This document shows, piece by piece, positions 51,687-64,000 of a stretch of DNA of 64,000 nt. This DNA comes from Mobula hypostoma (lineage: Eukaryota): positions 63,056,001 through 63,120,000 of the forward strand of contig NC_086108.1 in the NCBI RefSeq assembly GCF_963921235.1. The letters are read 5' to 3'. Made by a program: the position numbers and the translations under genes. The notes beneath the pieces are model-generated. The model was not told the origin of the DNA and did not search any database. It was given only the letters and a program-made list of their open reading frames with translations. Numbering within the stretch: the stretch's first letter is position 1; each line of letters starts with the position of its first letter.

Positions 51687-53484
51687 TTAGCCTCCTGCCG
51701 ATCAGCTACTGCTTTATCCATGCTAGAATGATACCATCCAGTCTTCCAGAACCATTCTAGAATCTAATGAAACATCATTAATGCCTCCGCAATCTCTTCA
51801 GCTACCTTGTTCAGAACCCTGGTTTGTATATCATCTTGTCCAGGTGACTTAAGTACCTTCAGATCTTTCAGTTTCCCAAGAACCTCCATGTGATCTAGCT
51901 CACTGGCTACTTAATCATGGATGGAATAAGGAACCGGACAGGCTTTATAAAATTAGGTGTGGCATTTTCATTTAACACTATTTTATCTTTGACATGTTTG
52001 AGTTTTCCAGTGCCATCCTTGAACACTGCTGTGGCATCATTCAGTACCTTTCTTAATTCACTTTCAGTTGATTCTGTTGCAAGGGATGTGCCATGCAAAT
52101 GGTGGATGGATCTCCAATCAAATTCTAGTTGTCTCAGCCACTCATGGCCCCACAATGCTTTTTTTACCACATACAAGGCCATTGTGGCTTGTTGGTTGTT
52201 ATGTTTCACAGTTAACCGGCGTCATTCCCACTGGAGGTTTCTTTGCTCCAGTATAAGTTCTTAGTTGGATATCTGCCGGCTTCAGTTCAGTATCTCTGAA
52301 ATGCCACTCAATCTCATTTTTGGAATGACTGAAACAGCTAGGCCTGTGTCCAATTTCATTTTAATTAATTTGCCATTCCTTCTGGTGTAAGCCGTATTAT
52401 TGTCTCCTGGTAATTTTCATATGGCAAATCTCAAGTCTATGTGGTCCTGATTCACTCTCATCATTAACAGATTTTTTCATCAACAGCATGAAGATTAGTG
52501 CTCTTTTCAAAATTGCACCTTGACTTTTTAACTTTTTCTCTTCCCCGGGCAGTCCATTTATATTTTGTCTCTTTGTATGTGTTCTTCCTTGTTGCAAGTT
52601 TCATCTTAAAAGCTGCATTGGTCTGATATATGTGAGCCCCTGTCATAACAGTAACAGTCTTGCTGAATTTCAACATGCAGGTAGTCATCTCAGGTTCATT
52701 TTAAGAAGTACTCATCACTACTATTATGTTTTGTAACTCCAAAACTAATTGAAAGAAGGGGAGCCCAGAGATAAACATGTATACTCTAGTTTAATTTTTT
52801 TACTTTAGTGAGCTGCACACATATAATGTAGTGATGCAATAATGTATGTCATTCATGTGCTTTTACATATAACCCACAATGAACTATGCAAACAACAAAG
52901 AATGCTTAACCAAACAACATATTTACAATATTACTCAAATATTACTGAAACTTCCGGCACACTTAGTTCTTAAAAGCAAGTACTCCATTTTAGAAGAAAT
53001 AATTCTTTCTTCAAAGCAAGTAACAATTTAATGGAGGTTTTTGTTCCTTTAAGATCAGTGAGGGCCCTGATCTTCCAGGCTCCTGGTTGTTTTCTTCACA
53101 TATGTCTTAACTTGTGTCTTTGTAGGGTTTCCTTTGGTCACCCTGAAAATCCATGGTTGTGAAATAGAAGTATACAGCTTATTTAGGAATCAAAAGTGGA
53201 GCTTTCATACATAACTTCCAGTCTGGTTGAGTAGATAACCAAGATTCACTACCTCAATGCTTGTGACACTGTTTTCAGCCTGAGACAATTGCTAGTACAG
53301 TGTTCTTCCCGCTTAGCTTGGTAAAATAAATCTTTGCTGATTGTAATATCTCTGATTGGTGGTTCTTTAATTGAAAATAATACTGGGAAAATTCATGGAA
53401 ATGTCAGCATTTATTCAATTCACTCCATAAGTTGTCAGGAGCATATGAACTTCCACACGAACATAGCAGACCAAACCTCCAAGA

Positions 53485-53993
53485 GGACCATAACCTTGTT
53501 GTGGTTTGAAGGCTCGCATCCCTCAATGATCTGAAGAGCTATGTTGGCTGGAGACAGGGATTTATGCTTTGGCTGTTGGTAGGGTCACCAATACCAACTA
53601 GACTAAAGGGTAGAGACCAGACTAAGAGTGGTCCACCAATCTTCCAGGTTCAGGGGTTCATCTCAGAGCTAACAACTCTGACTGGTCAAACAAAACTGTT
53701 AAACCATAAGACATAGGAGCAGATTTAGGTCATTTGGCCCATTGAATCTGTTCTGCCATTTCATTTTTGCTGATCCATTTCCCATGAAATGTTATGGAAA
53801 CAGCAATGAAGAATCCTATATCAGTCTCCACCCGGGACTTACATGGCTGCCGGTAGTAAAAACCAAGAAGAAGCTACTGGCATATGAAGAAAGTGCTGAA
53901 CACTACTAAGATGAACACCAAATAACCAAGGACAAACAGAGATGGAGGACCTTCATTCCTATCCTAAACACCAGTGGTGTAATGGGCAGTGAG
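53485..53993 (+). mobile_element. Probable RTE-derived non-autonomous element (5' UTR plus 3' end), with a small CR1 tail insert at about 53705-53790
   Basis: The 3' part encodes KDKQRWRTFIPIL, an RTE-like ORF end. The 5' part is RTE-UTR-like (GGTAGGGTCACC...CCAGACTAAGAG). Confidence 0.55.
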
Positions 53994-55684
53994 CATAGAA
54001 GACCACAGCTTCTCAGCACAGAGTTTCTGGCTGAGCTATGATGTTGGATTCCTCTTAAAGTTCAAAAGCAAACCGTTAACTTCCTGCAGTTTTCCAGCAA
54101 CTAAACCAAGGAATCTGAGTGGGGACTATGTGCCAGGTTACTATGGTGCTTGTTCTATGACATCATTCATTTGCATGAAGGGGGAAATCTGCAAGTAAAC
54201 AAATTAAGTAGCAATTAACTTTTATTTGTTTTAATAAACTTGAATTTTTAAATTAATCTGGTATTTTGTGGTATTTTTCAATGTTTAAACTTATTTATTT
54301 TCGTGATTATGACTAATTTCTAATAGTTTCTGAGTATTTTGAATGTTTGCTAATAGTTTCTGCCAAGGCATTCCTGTGGATGGGTCTTGCCATAATGGCT
54401 TGAGGGCTCTGTACTGTGCAAGGTGACGTTGACCAATTTGGACACAATCACTGCTGGAAGATCCACTCCAGCTAAGTGTGTACCTGGAGGACTCATGTGC
54501 TGCTGTCAGGGAATTCCTAGCCAATAATTAGAGATGATTGACTAGTTATACCGATTTCATCTGTTCTCTTGGTCTAGAGCAACTTTAACTTCAAGGTAAG
54601 GTTCCCAATACAAATGATTGAAGTACCTTAATGCATATCTGAATATGGGAGCCAGTCTTCAGACAGTGGACTTGCTTGTCACCCTGAATGTCCTATTAAT
54701 CATTGACCAAAGAAGCTGATGAACAGAACATATTTGCTTAATTGATCCATTTATTTATTCTTAGGTCTGTTAATGTTTAGCATAAAAAAATTTGGGGGGA
54801 AATTTTGTCTTACTACATTTGAACAACATTGAAAAAGGAATAGAACATGGGAAATATAACAAAAAAAGCACAAATATTTTCAGTGCGAATGAAAGATTGA
54901 TTTGTGTTCCATTCAAACATTCCTAGCAAGTGTACTAAACATTTGATGTTAATCTGTGTCATTTTATCTCGACCAGTAGTAAATCAGTGTCACAGCTTTA
55001 ATACCTCCCTTTTCACTCCTTTAACTAATCAATCACTCTGTTTATTTGTTTGGTTCTTTGGTTCATTAACTATTTAGTCATCTGTATTTTCACCAAATAC
55101 TTTGCAGATGAATCTAGGCATAATCTCTGTGAATGTGTATGTGACTATTTCCAAAGGATTGCGGATATTTTAACTAATGACTAGATTTGATGTAATCCCT
55201 CACCATGTGAGAGGGAATGCAGAGACCTTGACATTCCTTCCACTGGCATTTAAGGGCTGAATGTCAATGACAAAAAAAATGCCTCTAACATTGCAAAAAA
55301 TTATCCATGTGAAATATTTCAGTTGTTGGATTTGCCTTTGTAACAATTCGTAACACACTATTGATTTATCATTGAGTAAGCATATTAACACCACTCAAGA
55401 CCAGAAAGTGGAGTGCAAATGAATGTAGATGAGTGTGAGTGAGGCTGGTTAGATCAAGGTGCTTTTCAAAGTATTTTCTTATTTTAGGCAGTAGAATTCT
55501 ACATAAAAATACATAGTCCAGGTAGAAAAATCCTATAATTTGTGTGGTACATTAAGAACAAGAATCACATGTAAACTTCATAACTAACTCATAATGAAAG
55601 TAGAGCATTACCCATGAATTTAGGTGACAAAGGAGACATCTTAACATGCAAAAGTCTGTCTTCTGTAATTTATAAGATGCTGTA

Positions 55685-56073
55685 GAGCATTGTAGACTCA
55701 GCCAGCTCCATCACTGGCATAACTTTCCCCACCATTGAGGACATCTTCAGGAGCCAATCCCTCAGGAAGGTAGGATCTGTCACAAAGGACCCTCACCATC
55801 TGGCACATGCCCTCTTTTTGCTACTATCATTGGGGAGGTGGTACAAAATCCTGAAGACCCATGCTCAATAATTCAGAAACAGCTTCTCCCCCTCTACTGT
55901 CAGATTTTTGAATGATCTATGAACCCATGAACACTACCTCATAATTCCTATTCTTGCATTATTTACTTATTTTATAATTTATGGTAGTTTTTATCTCTTT
56001 GCACTATACTGCAGCTACATTTTTTTAAATCATGTCATAGAAGACGGTGATAATAAGTCTGATCTAATTCTGA
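55685..56073 (+). mobile_element. Rex1/Babar 3' end
   Basis: Encodes DPHHLAHALFLLLSLGRWYK..FRNSF and is homologous to 15650-16016. Confidence 0.8.
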
Positions 56074-56719
56074 AACTGGCATGTAGTCTTTGGCTAGAAT
56101 GAATATGGTTCAATGTGATCCAATGTTCACTTTGCAATGAGAAACCAAGAAGTTCAGCAACCGAATCTTTGTTGGTCACTCACCAGATTTTGCACCAATG
56201 GTTTCAACATCAACACTGATAAAATTTGGAAAGTGTGCAGTGAGGGGAGATTCTTTGATTTATTCTATGAATGGGAGATCACAATGGGTGATTATCTTCT
56301 TATATTACGAGTGCAGCCCATGGAGTGAACTTGCATTGGTGGGCATGAAGAGCCTATAAAATATTGTTGGCATCCTCAAGTAATGCCATTCCTTTTTCAA
56401 AACCACATTCTATTAATTTGCTACATAGAATTGTTTGTGGAAGCTGCCACACTGTTTCCTTCAATAAACCTATTGTACTTCAGGATTTTTGAGACAGATA
56501 TAATTACTGTGGTCACAGGGTGTCCTTTTAACAAGGAGGAGGAAGACCTGGTGTGGCATATCTTCACAGGAGCCAGAAGATTAACATTAATGTAAATATG
56601 TAAAATGTATAAAGTTGAGTTTTTTTAAACAGATTCTCTGGTTAGGCTATATTTTGAATACTGCATTCAATTCTGGTCACCCCATTACGTAAAAGATGCT
56701 AAAGCAGCTATAAGAACAG

Positions 56720-57225
56720 GGCATAGTCTGGGTGGCTGTGGTCCATGAGGTTGGTTGCTACTTTCTTGTGGCAGCATTCATTCTAGATCTGCTCAATGGT
56801 GGGTAGGCCTTTGCTTGTGATAGACTGTGCTCTATCCACCAGTTTCTGTAGGCTTTTCCATTCTTGGGCATTGGAGTTTCCACACCAGGCCACGATGCAA
56901 CCAGTGAGCGTGCTCTACATCTATGGAAGACTGTCAAAGTTTTAGATGGCATGTGAAATCTACAGAAACTTCTAATAAAATAGAGACGCAGTTGTGCCTT
57001 CAATCTGATGGAATTTATGTGTAAATCAAATCCTCCGATATGAGAACTCTAAGAAATTTTAAGTTACTGACACTCTCAACCTCTGATTTCCAAATGAGAA
57101 CCAGCTCATAGAACTCAGGTTTCTTCATCCTAAAGTTAATAATCAACTCTTTGGCTTTGCTGATGTTAAGTGAAAGGTGGTTGTTGTGGTACCATTCAAC
57201 CAGTTTTTCAATCTCCCTCCTATTG
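56720..57225 (-). mobile_element. Rex1/Babar RT C-terminal fragment
   Basis: Encodes LSLNISKAKELIINFR, FLRVLISEDL and KAQLRLYFIR. Confidence 0.8.
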
Positions 57226-57301
57226 TGATGGATATTCACTTTCCAGGGCCCAAGAGGTTTAGTGCTAAAACTCAGCTTTTGAGGATGCTGCATGACCTTT
57301 C

Positions 57302-58011
57302 CAGACATCCCACCCTGCAAAAACTCATTTCAGGGAGGTAGCACCATCAATTTGCGGGAGACTCCCAGAACTTCTGGGAGAGTTGGAATGTCTGCAGTAG
57401 AGTAGCTCCTTAGCAGCTAGCCAGCTAGTTTAAATAACGTTAGCTATGCTAATGAACAAATGACACCTGTTAAACTCACTTCAACGTGTCTTTTACACAG
57501 TCTTAATCCACCATGGGCAATAGAAGTCACTGTTGCAAACAGTGCAGCGAGCAACACTGTCATTATTTTGACCTGTATTAGGCAGGGGTACACTTTAGGG
57601 TAGTCTGGGGTGATGTACGTTTTATATTTTCTTTTTTTGGAACATTCTCCCATGGCGCGCGCATGCGCTCTCTCTCTCTCTCGTGGTCGCTCTCGCGCTC
57701 GCTCTCTCTAGCATGCTCTCGCTCGCTCTCTCACTCTCGTGCTCACTCTCTCGAGCACGCTCGCTCTCTCTAGTGCATTCTCTCTGGTGGTCGCTCTCTC
57801 GCTCGCTCTCTAGTGCGCTTCCTCTCTCTCGCCGCTCTCGCACTCGCTCTCTCGCTCTTTTTCATGCTCTCACTTGCTCTCTCTCTCTCTCTCGCTCGCT
57901 TGCTCTCAAAAAAATGGATTTCTGGGATATCATATATAATTTCCGGGCACCAGGGAGCCACTATTAATATGCGGGAGACTCCTGGAACTTCCGGGAGAGG
58001 TGGGATGTCTG
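57302..58011. mobile_element. Non-autonomous TIR DNA transposon (hAT-like?) with a 6-bp TSD
   Basis: Perfect 13-bp TIRs CAGACATCCCACC and GGTGGGATGTCTG. CCTTTC flanks it at 57296-57301 and 58012-58017. Confidence 0.82.
57655..57908. repeat. Compound (CT)n/(CGCT)n microsatellite
   Basis: Directly visible low-complexity tract inside the TIR element. Confidence 0.95.
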
Positions 58012-58851
58012 CCTTTCCAAAGGTCAAACTGGTGGTGATAAAGTTAAGCCTTCAACAAATATTCTTTGCTCAGCTTTCTGTTATAACCAAGAGCCACTCC
58101 CCAGTTCTTAATGTGAATTGCAAGCAAAAATCAGTTTGAAGTTGGAAGTACAGCTTTGTAACATAAAGTGACCAGCATGCGTGTCTCCATTAGCCAAATA
58201 CAAGACGATGGGGTTATGTAATTTAGCACATCAAACACGGTTACAATTTGGGATGTTTAGGTACTCAAGGGGTCAGCCCTCACAGCATCAATTGTGTAAA
58301 ACCATCTGTGTGAATTACTTTGTCCCAGCAAAGGTATGGGGAAAACATAAAATTGTATAAATATCAGAAATATGGGTAGATTGACAAGAAGAATGACAGA
58401 AAGATGGGGATTATAGGAAAAAGAACTAGAATTTATTACTCAACCTTTGGGTTCTACAATGGACAACTTGTCCATCTGCAACTCAGTGCTATGTTCTAAT
58501 TCATAAGAATTGTACCTGTGCTTAGAAAACCATTGTAGTCTATAAATCTTCTGTAATTCAGAGATCATTTATAAATTAGAAATCCTCTGCGTGTTAAATG
58601 TGTATTAAGAAATACCTGCCTAAATTTAAATGTGTATCATTAAAAATAAAATAAATTGTGTTTAAAGTCTTTGTTAGCTGGAAGTATCTGCTGCTTAGTA
58701 GGGAGAAAGAACCGATCATTCAAGCAGTGAGTATTGGCAGCTTAAAATTTAAATGCAGAGACTCCCTTTTGTAAAAGTACCCATAGATGTATATATTGGA
58801 TAGGTCTTAACATCTTCTTTTGAGTTTCAGATTTTGTGGAGAAGGAACCCA

Positions 58852-59182
58852 AAGTGTGTTCGTCCATCGTTGATGTCGATGAGGACCTCAACACCATTTG
58901 ATGGTGTTGAGACTAGCGCGTGATTTGAATTTAAGTGAGGGAGAGTTGTGCAGCGTCAGCCTCACTCTCTTTTCCCAATTCCCATCTGGATCCAGTGGCA
59001 AGACGGAGTCGAGACAGCTGGAGGTGGGACTGGGCGCAGTGGATGATCAGGGTGTCTTCTGTATCTTGTCCTGCTCTACATGTTCCACGACGCTTGCAGA
59101 GACTACCTTCTTGACCGTTGGACCTTCCATTGGTCTCGTCTGCTCAATCCACTGGAGTCTGTCTTCACATGCTGGGATAGAC
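58852..59182 (-). mobile_element. Probable RTE-derived bipartite non-autonomous element
   Basis: Minus-strand end GGTCCTCATCGACATCAACGATGGACGAACAC resembles RTE 3' ends. The body is non-coding. Confidence 0.55.
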
Positions 59183-60954
59183 AGTGGAACCCGATAACAT
59201 CATACTAAATGGCTGCTTCGGAATCACATTTGATTCGGCCAACAACAGTGGTGTCATCAGCAAACTTAAATATGGCATTGGAGCTGTATTTAGCTATATT
59301 TTAAGTGGTATACATTGCAAGACACTATTGAACCATTTTATATTTTTCTTTATGCATTTTATGAAGATTGCTTAAAGCAAAATAGATTGTTGCTAGATTA
59401 TTCTAACTCTCTAATTATCTGTGTTCTGAAAATCAATGATCATTAAAAGTAAAGTGAGAAAGTAACTGTCATTAAGGTTTTTAGTCACAGTACAAAACTA
59501 CATTAGAGCTTCCCCTTTTATTCATGTTTAGATCCATTATGCAGTTGTTTGCAATAATTACACAATAATGCCACCTGCTGTAAAGTACTTAAAATTACAG
59601 GTACTTTTTTTTTGCAGGGAGCATTGGAAATTGAGCACTGGAATTAATCTATCTTTATTAACCGAATTCAGGCTACATGCAGAATCTGGGCAACAGCTAT
59701 ATTAGCATAAAGTCAGCAACCAATTTAATAAGCACAGTGATTTACTGCCTTAGTGCATAACCATTGAGTTCAATTTTGTTAGTTACTAGCACCGGTGTAA
59801 ATGTAGCAGCATTGATCACAGCCTGACATTCTTAAAGAGTAGATGATAACTGGCAATGGAAGTTATTTTGAAGACTATTGCACATTGTTGGGAAGAACAC
59901 TGGAATGTAGGTATCCATATTTTGTAGTACAACTTGGTTAAAAAAAGATAAAGATAAGTTATTTACCCACTGGGACCAGGAAATTCTCCAGGCAGAAAAT
60001 AAGTAGCAATCTGTGGAGACAACAAATGAGTTAAATATGGAACATGAAGCACAAGCAAGTTTGAAGATTGCAGATTGCCATTGCCTACAAGTAGACACTA
60101 AACAGCCTTTTGTATATTGCAGCCAGATACCTGAAAATAAATATCAGGATGAACAATTCATGACTGCTACCTGCATATTAAACAACTATCAACCTAATCA
60201 TTCTCAAATGATTAGAGACCAGCAAGATATTCAGGCAGAAAATCTGTTCCAGTTCTTGTACATCTCCAATTCTTATTAGGAATTCTCAAAGTGTCTGCAA
60301 ATGATGGATCCCTGCATTATTGGGAATATCCCAAATGAGAAAATAACGAATCCACTTTCCTAGAGAATAGACAATTTTTTGCCACCTTTATGCAGTAGAA
60401 TGATACAATTGTAATATGTCTCTGATTTCACTGTTATAACCTGGATGGGCCCAGAGACAAAGAAATTAAATTTTTAGTGCTGTGGCAATGAGATTCTAGT
60501 TGTGCTTTCTGGGTGTTTATCTCCTTCGAGGATGAAAGCCTTGTGACATTATTCCTCACCAAGCCGAATGTAGAACTGTTCCCGAAATGACCTCAATAGG
60601 TAAGCATTTCTGTTAAACACCTTTCTGGACCTCGTTCTCCCTGTTGCTGCAGGTTGTCCTGGTCTGTAGATTTTTTATTCATTCTCCCTCGGGTAGTGTG
60701 AGCCACCCATGTCCTGATGTCTGACAAAAGCACTCTCTCATGCTTTCCCCAGACAGTAGTGAATCTGCAGTTCTCCAACGTTGAGATTTGTGGAGTCTCA
60801 GTTACTGAGTTTATTTAAGACAAAGAACGTAAGCAGTAGAAATAGGAGCAAACCGTTCAACCCTTTGTGGCAGCTTCACCAGTCAATATGATCATGGCTA
60901 AGTTTATTGATTGATTGCAATTCAGCACTGAATAAGCCCTTATGGCTTTTTGAG

Positions 60955-61137
60955 CCATGCTCGATCAAGGAACAATTAACCTACAAACGGGTACGTCTTT
61001 GGACTGTGGGAGGAAACCAGAACATCTGGAGGAAACCCAAGCAGTCACTTGGAGGACATACAAACTCCCTACAGGCAGCAGTGGGAATTGAACCGAGATC
61101 GCTGCAAAGCGTTGTGCTAGCCACCATGCTACCGTGC
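60955..61137 (-). mobile_element. V-SINE (HE1-like), second copy
   Basis: Homologous to 22880-23072. Has an A-box-like GGTAGCATGGTGGCTAGC and a B-box GGTTCAATTCC on the minus strand. Confidence 0.8.
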
Positions 61138-61761
61138 CTTCCCAGCATTACTTCCATCCGATAATTTCATATCACCTGATGACATAAATACCTAAAAATT
61201 TATTGATCTGTCTTTGATATACTATATTGCTGCCTCCCCAAGTGCTCTTGATCTGCTGAGAGTTTTCATTATGTGCTATTTTTATTTGTAACAATAGATG
61301 TCCAGTTGGCAGCCAAACATTGCTCTTCTCACTGTTACCTTCGTGCGGAGAACAGAGAAGGTGATGCTGGGGAAGAAAAAGCAAAATCCCACATGGGAAT
61401 TTCTGTTATTTTCTATCACAAACCTTACACATATTGCACATAAATTTGAGGAGTGTCAGCCCCATTGTATGTGTTTTCCTTGCCTAGATCCTGTGGTGTG
61501 CCCCAGCTGAGATGAGTTGAGCCAAATGTAATAACCAAACTGATAATAATTTAATCTCTAAGTAGAAGTTGTTTCCTCAAATAGCAGGGAGAGGAAGTTT
61601 GATTATATCTTTGGCTGTTTACTACTGATCATTTCATCATAAATTCTTTCTAAGAAGTTACTCAATTATTGCCCCAAACCTAGCTGTTTCCTTTTAGAAA
61701 TTTGCTGTTTGATAGTGAACTTACCAAAATAAGTCTAATGCTACATGATTTACAAAGCAAT

Positions 61762-61855
61762 GCACAGAAAATGCTGGAGGAGCTCAGCAGGTCAGGTAGC
61801 ATCCATAGAAATGAATAAACAGTCGACGTATCAGTCCGAGACCACCTTCAGGACC
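61762..61855 (-). mobile_element. Penelope terminus fragment
   Basis: Reads AAATGCTGGAGGAGCTCAGCAGGTCAGG..CAGTCGACGTATCAGTCCGAGACC..TCAGGAC. Confidence 0.7.
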
Positions 61856-61938
61856 CTTCACTGCTCCCCAGTTAGCTTTCTCAAATAATAGCAAATCGAC
61901 TTCTTTTTTATTCTAAGGTGAATTCTGCCACAATGCTA

Positions 61939-62131
61939 CAGTTTAAGCAGCCCTGATCAAAAATGTTTTGGGCCGGAATGGTTTCAGATTTAGGATTTTT
62001 TTGGATTTTGGAATATTTTCATCCGTATATTGATATGGCTTGGGATGGGACACAAGTCTAAACATGAAATGTATTTGCATTACATATACAGCTTATGCAT
62101 ATGCCCTGAATGTAGTTTTATATAATATTTT
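61939..62131 (+). mobile_element. pogo/Tigger-like DNA transposon end, truncated by the following CR1
   Basis: Starts TA|CAG and contains GGATTTTGGAATATTT and GGGATGGGACACAAGTCTAAACATGAAAT, recalled as Tigger4/MER46-like. Confidence 0.65.
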
Positions 62132-64000
62132 AGGTGGATGATCTTGTCGTACAGCTACAGATTGGCGGGTGTGATATTGTGGCCATCACTGAGACGTGGC
62201 TAAAGGATGCATGTTTCTGGGAGCTGAACGTCCAAGGATACACGGTGTATCGGAAGGATAGGCAGGTAGGCAGACGGGGTGGCGTGGCTTTATTGGTAAG
62301 AAATGATATCAAATCATTAGAAAGAGGTGACATAGGATCGGAAGGTGCAGAATGTTTATGGGTTTAGCTAAGAAATCGCAGGGGTAAAAGGACCCTGATG
62401 ACAGTTATATACAGGCCTCCAAACAGCTGCAGTGATGTGGACTACAAATTACAACAGGAAATAGAAAGGCTTGTCGAAGGGCAGTGTGATGTTAAATGTG
62501 GGGGATTTTAACATGCGAGTGGATTGGGAAAATCAGATCAGCACTGGATCTTAAGAGAGGGAATTTGTTGAATGTCTGCGAGATGGCTTTTTAGAACAAC
62601 TTGTTGTTGAGCCCACGAGGGGATCAGCTATACTGGATTGGGTATTGTGCAATGAACCGGAGGTGATTAGAGAGATTGAGGTGAAGGAACCCTTAGGAGA
62701 CAGTGATCATAACATGATTGAGTTCATTGTGAAATTTGAAAAAGAGAAGCCAAAATCCGATGTGTCGGTATTTCAGTGGAGTAAAGGAAATTACAGTGGC
62801 ATGAGAGAGGAACTGGCCAAAGTTGACTGGAAAGGGATACTAGCAGGAAGGACGGCAGAGCAGCAGTGGCTGGAGTTTATGCAAGAAGTGAGGAAGGTGC
62901 AAGACAGATATATTCCAAAAAAGAAGAAATTTTCGAATGGAAATAGAATGCAACCATGGCTGACAAGAGAACTCAAAGCCAAAGTTAAAGCAAAGGAGAG
63001 GGTATACAAGGAAACAAAAATTAGTGGAAAGACAGAGGATTGGGAAGTTTTTAAAAGCTTACAAAAGGAAACTAAGAAGGTCGTTAAGAGGGAAAAGATG
63101 AACTATGAAAGGAAGCTAGCAAATAATGTCAGAGGATACTAAAAGCTTTGTCAAGTATATAAAGAGTAAAAGACAGGTGAGAGTAGATATAGGACTGATG
63201 GAAAATGATGCTGGAGAAATTGTAATGGGAGATAAGGAGATGGAGGAGGAACTGAACAAATATTTTGCATCAGTCTTCACTGAGGAAGAAATCAGCAGTA
63301 TACCGGACACTCAAGGGCGGCAGGGAAGAGAAGTATGCGCAGTCACAATTACAACAGAGAAAGTATTCAGGAAGCAGAATAGTCTAAGGGTAGATAAATC
63401 TCGCGGACCAGATGGAATGCACTCTCGTGTTCTGAAGGAAGTAGCTATGGAGATTGCGGAGGCATGAGCAATGATCTTTCAAAAGTTGATAGATTCTGGC
63501 ATGGTTCTGGAGGACTGGAAGATTGCAAATGTCACTCCGCTATTTAAGAAGGGGGCAAGGAAGCAAAAAGGAAATTATAAACCTGTTGGCTTGATATCAG
63601 TGGTTGGGAAGTTGTTGGATTCGATTGTCAGGGATGAGGTTACGGAGAACCTGGAGGCATATGACAAGATAGGCAGAACTCAGCATGGTTTCCTTAAAGG
63701 AAAATCCTGCCTGACAAACCTATTACAATTTCTTTTTGAGGAAATTACAAGTAGGCTAGACAAGGGAGATGCAGTGTATGTTGTATATTTGGATTTTCAG
63801 AAGGCATTTGACAAGGTGCCACATGAGGCTGCTTAACAAGATAGGAGCCCATGGAATTACGAGAAATATCGCTGTGATGATCGCACATTCTAGTATCAAT
63901 TGTTTGGCGACCATAAAGTATAAAGTTACATACGTGGATAGAGCGTTGGCTGATTGGCAGGAAACAGAGAGTGGGAATAAAGGATCCTATTCTAGTTGAC
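62132..64000 (+). mobile_element. CR1 ORF2 (endonuclease to RT), runs off the window
   Basis: Encodes AITETWL, LGDSDHNMI, PDGMHSRVLKE, QHGFLKGKSC and LDFQKAFDKVPH. Confidence 0.95.

Larger units (their letters stand above)
49386..51885 (-). mobile_element. CR1 fragment (49386-50455 and 51690-51885) nested in the Gypsy copy
   Basis: Encodes VESVVRKANAML and HLEYCEQF, with a CR1 tail. The CR1 sequence TTATTCCCACTC..GCCTCCTGCC resumes across the insert. Confidence 0.88.
49063..52950 (-). mobile_element. Second Gypsy copy (same family as 16440-20513), internally deleted and interrupted
   Basis: 3' LTR at about 49063-49288 with PPT AAGCAGAGAGGAG. A gag/protease remnant at 51886-52720 is homologous to 16900-17540. 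The 5' LTR at about 52724-52950 is next to a PBS-like TAGTGATGAG. Confidence 0.8.

Noticed and set aside
57622..58139. RE-rich and SL-rich ORFs
   Set aside because: These are translation artefacts of the CT/CG microsatellite.
59600..59640. Strong acceptor-like site (T)nGCAG as the next FGGY exon
   Set aside because: The downstream frame does not resemble the expected EAM..MSK.G sequence and hits an early stop.

Overview
Eukaryotic (vertebrate) intronic DNA, most likely from a cartilaginous fish. A ray or other batoid is an inference from the CR1/HE1-type V-SINE/Penelope repeat mix. Only one host coding exon is supportable: a 95-bp exon of FGGY (carbohydrate kinase domain-containing) at 46565-46659 (+), flanked by very long introns. 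Most of the remaining recognisable sequence is decayed transposable elements: CR1 LINEs, Rex1/Babar-type LINEs, an L1 fragment, RTE-derived non-autonomous elements, Penelope-like elements, Gypsy LTR elements and solo LTRs, Tc1, pogo/Tigger, hAT and Harbinger DNA transposons, and tRNA-derived SINEs. The ORF track is almost entirely broken TE frames or their antisense shadows. I find no convincing new multi-gene system. The most interesting observations are: minimal hammerhead-ribozyme motifs in Penelope termini and their palindromic derivatives; two multi-level nested insertion stacks with readable target-site duplications (TSDs); a TIR element with a 6-bp TSD and a duplicated right end; and two fragments that, from memory only, resemble mammalian TE families (possible horizontal transfer). 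Coordinates without a stated TSD or TIR are approximate.
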